From: Candidatus Micrarchaeaceae archaeon
Lineage (GTDB): Archaea; Micrarchaeota; Micrarchaeia; Micrarchaeales; Micrarchaeaceae
Assembly: GCA_050013715.1 (NCBI GenBank)
Contig: JBEKES010000007.1
Coordinates: 1 to 29,360 of the forward strand
Reading direction: 5' to 3'
DNA length: 29,360 nucleotides
Position numbers and translations under genes: made by a program. This document shows positions 16,934 to 24,800 of this stretch, in pieces. Position 1 is the stretch's first letter. Every line of letters starts with the position of its first letter. The notes beneath the pieces are model-generated. The model saw nothing but the letters and a program-made list of their open reading frames with translations. It was not told the origin of the DNA and did no database searches.

Positions 16934-17329
16934 ATGGGCAGAGTAAGAGAACTAATAGCTAAAGCGACAAAGGACCTAGAGCTAGCTAAAAGGCACAAAA
17001 GACAGAAGGAATACGTAACCGCAACTACACTATACAACAGTGCAGTGGAAAAAGTTCTCATGGCTCTCTTCATAAGCAAAAAAAGACACGAACCACCTGC
17101 AAACGCAACAACAGAATATCTTGCAAGGCAAACGGGAGTACCGGAAGAGATATCCATATACATAAATTCGGTGCAGGAAAATCTGGACGAGCAGGGTTCA
17201 AACGAGTACATAGAACTAGAGCCATATGAAACAAGCAACCTTGAAAGAAGCTCAGAGAGGCAGGCCTTCTATTTGGATGGACTTGCGCAGAGGCTTCTTG
17301 ATTACGTAAGCATATATGCCAAAATATAA
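16934..17329 (+). CDS. Stand-alone HEPN-domain protein
   Basis: KATKDLELAK...Y.TA......AVEKVLMALF matches the HEPN N-terminal helices; no clear Rx4-6H motif. Confidence 0.7.
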   Translation: MGRVRELIAKATKDLELAKRHKRQKEYVTATTLYNSAVEKVLMALFISKKRHEPPANATTEYLARQTGVPEEISIYINSVQENLDEQGSNEYIELEPYETSNLERSSERQAFYLDGLAQRLLDYVSIYAKI

Positions 17330-17462
17330 CAAGTAAAAAGCAGAAGCAAGCTCGCAGCTCTAGATTCTATGCTATAAAATGGTTTCATACAAAACACCGG
17401 TTTAGTACACTTCAACCGATGTTGATTTAGGATTAATCAAAAATAGATGTTTTAAGAAAGTT

Positions 17463-18062
17463 TTACTTTATTTTCCTATTTATCTTTTTATTACCGTAAA
17501 TCATCTTTTGTATTTTATTTAAAATGTAAAGAAGATCTGGATCAGAAACCTTCATTTTTGCAGTTAAAAAGAATGTCTCAAATTTCTTTTTATCGTTTTC
17601 TTTAGAGTATAAGTAAAGTTGTATTATGTAATCAAGTGCATCTATTTGTTTAACAAGTCTGGCTTCTTTGGAGCTTTGATCATTAAGTTCTTTCCAAAGT
17701 TTAGTAAATTCTCCTCTATCTTTCTTTCCTAGATATGAAAGCATTCTTAGATGGTTCTTGTGTTCTATTTCGTGCTTTTTCTTATTACTTACTACTTGTA
17801 AACTTTCTTTGTATCTTGTTGCTATATCTCCAGTTATTACTTCATTTATATCATGTGATAAAGCCATTAGCATTGCTTTTGGTGCATTTAGTTTAAGATC
17901 TTTTGCAATTATGTAAGTGAAAAGTGCCGTACTGAAAGAATGATCAGCAACACTTTCAGGATCTTTAACTCCTGTACGTACCCAACCAGTTCTTTTGACT
18001 CTTTTTAATTTGTCTACTTCTATCATGAAATTAAGAATTTTATCTAGTTGTTCTCTTTTCAT
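17463..18062 (-). CDS. HD-domain phosphohydrolase (HDDC2/YfbR-like 5'-deoxynucleotidase)
   Basis: LKRVKRTGW, ESVADHSF, MALSHDINEVITGDI, EARLVKQIDALD. Confidence 0.92.
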   Translation of the reverse strand: MKREQLDKILNFMIEVDKLKRVKRTGWVRTGVKDPESVADHSFSTALFTYIIAKDLKLNAPKAMLMALSHDINEVITGDIATRYKESLQVVSNKKKHEIEHKNHLRMLSYLGKKDRGEFTKLWKELNDQSSKEARLVKQIDALDYIIQLYLYSKENDKKKFETFFLTAKMKVSDPDLLYILNKIQKMIYGNKKINRKIK

Positions 18063-18066
18063 ATAA

Positions 18067-18474
18067 TCAACTTTTTAGATGCTTATCTAATAGTTCCCAA
18101 TTTTCTCCTATGACTATTGGTTTAAGTGCAATCAATTCTTCCCGATAACTTATTTGTCTTGGAATATCTTTCATTAAGAATATTGGTATTTCTTTATCAA
18201 ATGCTTTTCCCATTTCCAATAATGCACCGCCACCTATATATCCTTCTATTCCATTTTTGTCATAATTAGCAACATAGATTGCATTTGACTTATCAATTTT
18301 TCTAAAGTGGTCTCTAATTAAATCGTATTGAATCTTAGCAAGAGCAGTTTCTTCCAGATGATGAAAATCTTGCATACTTGGTAAAAATACCTCATATCCT
18401 CTTTTTTCAAGTTCTTCCTTAATCTTATATAACTTATCAAAGAATTTTGCACTAGAACATAATGTTATTTTCAT
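18067..18474 (-). CDS. Nucleoside 2-deoxyribosyltransferase-like (flavodoxin-like fold) small protein
   Basis: KITLCSS..F, LEKRGYEVFLP, HFRKIDKSNAIYV, G...LEMGKAF..EIPIF resemble NDT/DNPH1-type proteins. Confidence 0.65.
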   Translation of the reverse strand: MKITLCSSAKFFDKLYKIKEELEKRGYEVFLPSMQDFHHLEETALAKIQYDLIRDHFRKIDKSNAIYVANYDKNGIEGYIGGGALLEMGKAFDKEIPIFLMKDIPRQISYREELIALKPIVIGENWELLDKHLKS

Positions 18475-19130
18475 AAAATCCCTTCAAACACCATATCATA
18501 ACTCTTTTTTACAGGACATTCTGCATATTTAGCTACTAGTTTCATTAAGCCTTGAATTCCTAATTTGTTAACAATTCTTTTTGTAGCAAGATAACTGCTT
18601 TTATAGAATTCCAGTGCATCATTATTACTTTTTGACTGAATTTTCCATCTTTCCTTTAAAGAAAATGCTAGATATTTTATTTTGGATTTACCTTTCCAAC
18701 CAAAATTCTTTCCTGTTCCATCAACTAACATTCCTAATCCTTCCAGAAGCCATTGTGGTGTAGGTGCACCAACGAAGTTCTCGTAAAATATATGGTTCAT
18801 TTCATGTGTAAGTGTTTGATGAAATAGGTGGTTATTATCAGTTAATCTATTCCAAACAGAAGGTGCGAAGATAAATATCCTTCTTTTATCTGAGACTGCA
18901 GCTTCCCATTTTCCTGTCTTCCATCCTAATTCTTTGTCGAACTCTTTCCTTGAATAACAAAGAACTATTCTGAAATTTGGAGTTATACCAGAAAACATAT
19001 TTTGATTTAATTTATATGCTCTGGTAAAATATTTTTTTGTTATGGCGATATCTCTTTTAAAGATCTCCTCTTTTGGAATGCTAGTCGCTTTTATTGAAAT
19101 ATTATTTATTAGAAGTCTTTTTTTGGACAT
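18471..19130 (-). CDS. Peptidase MA-like HExxH metalloprotein
   Basis: LTHEMNH followed by PQWLLEG (gluzincin third ligand) and FY.SSY; stop overlaps the next ATG (ATGA). Confidence 0.78.
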   Translation of the reverse strand: MSKKRLLINNISIKATSIPKEEIFKRDIAITKKYFTRAYKLNQNMFSGITPNFRIVLCYSRKEFDKELGWKTGKWEAAVSDKRRIFIFAPSVWNRLTDNNHLFHQTLTHEMNHIFYENFVGAPTPQWLLEGLGMLVDGTGKNFGWKGKSKIKYLAFSLKERWKIQSKSNNDALEFYKSSYLATKRIVNKLGIQGLMKLVAKYAECPVKKSYDMVFEGIL

Positions 19131-19195
19131 ATCAATCTATACAATTTGTACGGTGTTATTTAAAGAATTAGTACCTAAATAATCTTGGTGTTTAA

Positions 19196-19939
19196 ATGAC
19201 ATTACCTCATGATTATAGCAAATTAGTAGAATATTACGAAGTTTTGGAAGAAGGAGGAGCTGATAGAAATTCATTCTTGGAAAAGATCCTCAAAAATTAT
19301 AAAGCAAATAAAGTTCTAGATTTCACTTGCGGAACTGGTGTACAGACATTGTGGTTAACGAAGAAAGGTTACAATGTAATTGGTTCAGATATTAGCTCTG
19401 CAATGTTAAAAATTGCAAAACAAAAGGCAAAAGACGCCAAACTAAATGTGAAATTTTACAAAGGAGACATGAGAAGTTCAAAATTTGGAACTTTCGATGC
19501 AGTTATAACAATATTCAACGCAATAGGTCATCTTAGTAAACCAGATTTTGAAAAAACAATTAGAAATATAGGTAACAATTTGAAAAAAGATGGACTGTAT
19601 ATATTTGATATATTTGATCTAGAATATATGAAGAAGAATTTTATAACATATAAATTTTTTGATGTTGCTAAAGAGATAAAAGATACAAAATTGGTAAGGA
19701 CAAACAACAATAGATTGGATAAAGAGAATGGATTAATGTTAATTAATCAGGAAACTTTCATTCAGGAAGGATTAAGCAAGCCAAAAGTATTCAAAGAACG
19801 CTGGACAATGCAAATTTATAGTAAAGCCCAACTAAGAGATATGCTTAAAAAAAATGGATTTGAAGTAATTGGTCAATATGGTATTGATGGGTCTAAAATA
19901 AAAGGTATGTATATACTAACTGTTGCTAGGAAAAGGTAA
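19196..19939 (+). CDS. Class I SAM-dependent methyltransferase
   Basis: VLDFTCGTG motif I, GSDISSAML, GDMR, FDAV, LKKDGLYIFD. Confidence 0.93.
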   Translation: MTLPHDYSKLVEYYEVLEEGGADRNSFLEKILKNYKANKVLDFTCGTGVQTLWLTKKGYNVIGSDISSAMLKIAKQKAKDAKLNVKFYKGDMRSSKFGTFDAVITIFNAIGHLSKPDFEKTIRNIGNNLKKDGLYIFDIFDLEYMKKNFITYKFFDVAKEIKDTKLVRTNNNRLDKENGLMLINQETFIQEGLSKPKVFKERWTMQIYSKAQLRDMLKKNGFEVIGQYGIDGSKIKGMYILTVARKR

Positions 19940-19950
19940 CTCTCTATTTC

Positions 19951-20179
19951 AGTCCAGTTCTACTCGAGTAATAAAGTACACCTCAACTCAAAAAGGTCAA
20001 GGAAGTCCAGTTTTTCCCTGCAGGGCAAAAGGTCATCAAAATGGCCTTTAAGGAGTCTAGTTTTTTAACATTAGCCTATAGATATGTAAAAAAACTTTTA
20101 AATGAAGTCTAGTTTTTTGGAGTTAGCTATATCCCCCGCTTCTGTAAAGGGACTTAGCCAAAAAGCTAGACTTTTCCTT
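19951..20179. repeat. Array of AAGGAAGTCYAGTTTTT-type repeats at about 51-bp period, each opening a hairpin, plus one inverted copy
   Basis: Copies at 19999-20016, 20050-20066 and 20101-20118, partial AGTCCAGTT at 19951, inverted copy at 20160-20179. Confidence 0.8.
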
Positions 20180-20266
20180 AGAAACGAATATAAAAATGGA
20201 AAAGGCTTCTGGCATTATTTCTCTAGTTTTTGTGTTTGGTTTTCAAATTATATTCCTGCTCCTTCT

Positions 20267-20542
20267 TCAACCTTGAGAAGCATAGCCGACTTGGCAAATC
20301 GCTTCGATAACAAGAAGGATACCAACAAGGATAGCTGGAGCTTTCCAATGCCCAAGATAGACAGCCCAAACCATAGACCCAACGACGATGATGAATAATG
20401 CCCATAGTCCAACACGAACTAAACCAGAGAAAAAGACATTATTCATTAAGTTATCCACTTCAGTGGATATTCCACTATAGATTCCAGAAAAGAAATCATA
20501 TACGAAACTCGGCATTCTCTTACCGATATTATATATGCTCAT
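20267..20542 (-). CDS. Small hypothetical membrane protein
   Basis: 91 aa with two hydrophobic helices. Confidence 0.5.
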   Translation of the reverse strand: MSIYNIGKRMPSFVYDFFSGIYSGISTEVDNLMNNVFFSGLVRVGLWALFIIVVGSMVWAVYLGHWKAPAILVGILLVIEAICQVGYASQG

Positions 20543-20561
20543 TTAACTATAAAAAGCCAGT

Positions 20562-20654
20562 TTATCGTATAACTGTTTTAGATTTATCACCCACAGCCAC
20601 GCTATCAATCGCATTGTAGAGCTCGCCTTTATCTCCTACCATTTGTGTATTCAT
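20562..20654 (-). pseudogene. Possible 30-codon gene fragment resembling the C-terminal part of a PDZ domain
   Basis: MNTQMVGDKGELYNAIDSVAVGDKSKTVIR*; the ELxNAI...VGDK...VxR pattern recalls HtrA-type PDZ ends. Confidence 0.25.
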
Positions 20655-20747
20655 ATTAATAATTAGTAATCGGTATTTTAAATAGATCCTAAATTCCTAA
20701 TAATAAAATATAAATACTTAAACTGTAACAATATTGTAAGTGATTTA

Positions 20748-21008
20748 ATGAGTAACCCGTTACAAGAAATAGGAAATGAAATTTGGGGCGCTATTGTATT
20801 AGCAATAACAGCAGGATTGTTCATACTTATTTTGAGTACATTAGGTAGTGCTGTTACTAGTGTATCGCCACAGGCAGCGGGTGTAACTAATTATGGTATA
20901 ATTGCCATAGTGATAATTGCAGGAGGAGCTGGAATTGCTGGCTTCATTAAACTTATACAGATAATATCCGAATCCGCAGGTGAAAGTCTTAATGGTAGAG
21001 GATTATAA
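20748..21008 (+). CDS. Small two-TM-helix protein
   Basis: 86 aa, two Gly/Ala/Ile-rich hydrophobic helices; AGTGA upstream of ATG. Confidence 0.65.
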   Translation: MSNPLQEIGNEIWGAIVLAITAGLFILILSTLGSAVTSVSPQAAGVTNYGIIAIVIIAGGAGIAGFIKLIQIISESAGESLNGRGL

Positions 21009-21036
21009 GTAAATTAAAGGAAAAAAGTGTAATTAT

Positions 21037-21255
21037 ATGGGAATTATGGATTATATTAAGAAAGTAAGGAAGAAAATAAAAGAACAGGATTTGGAAGAAT
21101 CAGCTAAAAAGAGAGCCTGGCAAGAAAGACAACGGGATCTAAAGCATATGGAACAGGATGAATACCACAAAGAAAAGGGTCGCCAGGAAGCTCAATATGA
21201 TTTTAAGCAAAAAAGGAAAAATTGGAAAAAGGAACTTAAAGACAGTTTTAACTAG
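21037..21255 (+). CDS. Small highly charged helical protein
   Basis: 72 aa, K/E/R/Q-rich, follows the 86-aa gene after 28 bp. Confidence 0.55.
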   Translation: MGIMDYIKKVRKKIKEQDLEESAKKRAWQERQRDLKHMEQDEYHKEKGRQEAQYDFKQKRKNWKKELKDSFN

Positions 21256-21352
21256 TGTTTTGTTAGTATGGACATATTCTTTTAATTACAGGACCTAAAT
21301 ACCCTCCAGCTTCATCTTCAGCGAAGCAACATCATCTATATATTTGTATAAA

Positions 21353-21835
21353 TCAGCTTGCCCTGATATTTATCGTAGCAATCTCAGCATATTGAAAAGT
21401 AGAGTTATTAGATGTTGTATATTGAGCCCATATAGTGTTATTTACATTCCCGTTAGAAATAAATGAAACTGGTACTGTTTGCGCTGATAGTAATCCACTT
21501 GTTGAATACAATGTATTTATTGGATAAGATGAAAAAGAAGACGTAACAGAGGTTAAATTATTTGGTGTAAAAGCAAAATTTGCACTTGTCCAAGTAGTTC
21601 CACTATTTTGGCCTAATCTAACTGTAACAATATTTGTGGTAGAATTCAAAGAAGCATCCTGACAGGAAAATGGTATATAAATTTTTGTACATTGGTAAAA
21701 GTAGCTTGTATTATATCTTATGGGTTTATTTGAAAAATGGATTAAAAGTGATATTATCGCTATTATTATTAAAATACTCACAACAAGTATTAAAATTTTT
21801 TTATTTGAATTTTTTGATTTAGGCATATAAGACAT
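21353..21835 (-). CDS. Membrane-anchored protein with pilin-like globular domain
   Basis: One N-terminal TM; C-x7/8-C, Q-x-SG-x-T and W-x-x-YT pattern shared with 11603..12157. Confidence 0.65.
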   Translation of the reverse strand: MSYMPKSKNSNKKILILVVSILIIIAIISLLIHFSNKPIRYNTSYFYQCTKIYIPFSCQDASLNSTTNIVTVRLGQNSGTTWTSANFAFTPNNLTSVTSSFSSYPINTLYSTSGLLSAQTVPVSFISNGNVNNTIWAQYTTSNNSTFQYAEIATINIRAS

Positions 21836-21880
21836 TATAAATAAACTTTTATATACCTTATTATTAATTAATATATCAGG

Positions 21881-24800
21881 GTGCTATTCATTAAGAACTT
21901 AAGAGTACTTATCATAGTTATATTCTTCTTAATTTTAGCAAATTTACATACTTACTCTCAAAGTGTAAATGTTACCGATACGGCTAGGATTAACTTGTTA
22001 TCAAATACTTCATTTTGGGAAAGTCAAGGATTTATTGTATATAATATTTCAAACATTTATAATACAAATTCTACAGCTACATTTAAATCCACACCAATAT
22101 TTGAAACAACAAAGATTTTTTCATTTAATCCTATAAACGCTAATGATATTTTTGGAGGTACAGTAGGAACTTATTATTCTAGTGGTTGGAGTGGATATGT
22201 AATTCCAACAAATAGACTTGTTGGTGATGTTTTTGGTTCATGGAAGGTTCAAAATGTTTCAATTTTCGTTACTGGTTCTTCTTCCCAATGGATAGGTGTT
22301 GGAGGTATAAGTTCTCTTGGTGATAATACTTTAATACAAGTAGGAACTGAATCTGATGCTCCTAATGATAATACTAATTATTATGCATGGATAGAACTTG
22401 TACCGCATAGTGAACAAGAGTTGCCTAATTCGATCGCTCCAGGAGACATTATAAATGCTGTAGTAATGTTTGATGGAAATTATGTAAACGGTACACAAAA
22501 ATGGTTTGTTTTCATTAATGATACATCTAAAAGATGGACAGATTTTGGTTATTTCCCGTATAATTCTCTTCAGATTAGTGCTGACTTCATAACTGAAGAT
22601 CCTTGTAGTAGTGCTTATTGTACTCCTGCAAACGAATTACCTTATGCAAAATTTGGATATTCTGATTTTGGTAATGATTTTGCACAATCTAGTGCTAAAC
22701 TTAATGGAACTATTTTTAGTGCATCAAGTGCTACTATAAATGGGATAAATAAAAATCTAGGTTCTTTTAATAATGATATGATGTGTGTATCACCATCTGG
22801 AAATAGCTGTAATTATACTGTAAATAGAATAACACCAGATAATACTAGTTTTAGCGTTACTGATAGCAATGTGCTTGTAACTCTTAATTTTACCTCGAAG
22901 ACAATAAATAAAAATGCTAAAGTTTCAATGGTTTCAAATGTATTCCGTATAAGTCCTTCTAATGCAATTTATCAATGGTTCACAGCTAATAGTGTTTTTG
23001 GACTTAATGCAATTAAAATAGGTGGAAGTGGAGTATTTGGGCACAATGTAACTACATCAAACTTTCTTACTACTGTAAATTCACCTACAATATTCGTAGT
23101 TTTTGCAACAGATAGTGGAATTAGTCCAAACCCTCCTATTGCTTATAATTACACCATAATCAAAATAATACCAAATCTAACAATTGTAAATAGCCTTACT
23201 TTAGGCCAATCTAATACAATAATTGCAACTTGTGGTAATGGAGACACATGTGAAATTTTGATAAATAATGCTATACAAACTACACAGATAACAACAGCTA
23301 ATTTTCTATGGACACCTTCCACAACTGGTAATTATCTTGTAAGTGCATTTGACGCAACTGAAGGGCTATATACAAACCAAACTGTAGATGTAACAAATAG
23401 TATAAGTAATTCACCCATACTATCAGTAGCTAATACATTATATCTTGGTCAATCAAATACAATTCAAGCAACTTGCTCTATGGGAGATACTTGTGAAATT
23501 TTGATAAATAATGCTATACAAACTACACATACAACTACAGCTAATTATGTTTGGAAACCTGCTGCACCTGGCAATTATTTGATAGGTGCATTTGATTCAA
23601 ATTCTATTTTATACACAAATCAAACAGTAAATGTAATTGCTCCTAAAGTACCTCAAAATGTTACTTCTTATGTACCAATAACATTCTACAATAATCAAAG
23701 TATAGGAACTGGATCAAACTTCCAGCAAATATTTTACCTAAATCCTAGCATATATTCTAACTATCTCGATCCTAATCTTAATAATGTGGTTTTCTTTTAT
23801 GGAAATGGCTCTATTGTAAATTCCTGGCTTGAAGGGGGAAGTTGGCTAAATGGTCAAGTTAATAAGACATCTAGAGAAGCAGATTACTGGTTAAAAATAA
23901 ATCCTGGAATTCCTTCAAATTCAAACTATACTATTTATATGGGTTTTGCGCCCTTTTCAACAAGTGAATTCAATACCACTACAACAGGAGAAGCACCACA
24001 AATAGGGTGTCCCAATGGGAATACTATAAACTGCACTTATGCTAGATATGATGATGGTGCAAATGTATTTAGCTTCTATGAGGACTTTAATGGGAATGTA
24101 CTAGATAGCAAATGGTCCGGTACTAATTATATAATTGACAACGGAATTACGTCAAATGGGTATGTTGGTTATTTGCATAGCTATTTACAATCCACTTCAA
24201 GCTATTCTACATTGAATGTTGCTACTGACTTTTATTTTGGAGGGGGCCTTGGAATCTTCGGAGTATTTGGAAATGGGGTTGGTCAATTAAATAGAAATAA
24301 CGAATATGATAGTTACGGAACTACTTCAATATATTTCAATTCATCAAACTCTTTAGGAACAACTGATGTTTCTATGAGCATTGGTCCCACAGTTTTTAGT
24401 GTTACGGCTAATTCAACATCTGATCACACCTTTGACTATGTAAATGGCTTATACTCACTTACCTCTGGTAGAGATTTGTCAACAATACATACCTTCCTAT
24501 TCAATTCAACTGGAAATATAGGATTTGTAAATATCAATTCCCCATTATATGTAATTAGACAGAGGGTAAATCCTCCCTATGGGAATATGCCAGGTGAATC
24601 AATTGGCAACATGGTAAATGTACCTTACACTAACAATCTAATATCAACATCATATTCACCTAAAACACTATTAAATCCTTACAATGCACCAACCCCAAGA
24701 AACTACCAATATGTTATAACAATAAATGGATTAAGTTATGGCAGTTCACCATCTCCATCTTTTGATAATGCATGGTTCACTTACACGAATGGTACTATAA

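Noticed and set aside
19951..20179. CRISPR array
   Set aside because: Repeats are only about 17-18 nt and degenerate, the intervening segments pair back with the repeats, one copy is inverted, and no cas genes are in the window.
20102..20619. Plus-strand ORFs of 98 and 73 aa
   Set aside because: They start inside the repeat array and lie antisense to a more plausible membrane-protein ORF; composition is not protein-like.
23171..23635. Diversity-generating retroelement TR/VR pair
   Set aside because: Both copies are in-frame within one gene, differences are not adenine-specific, and no reverse transcriptase is present.
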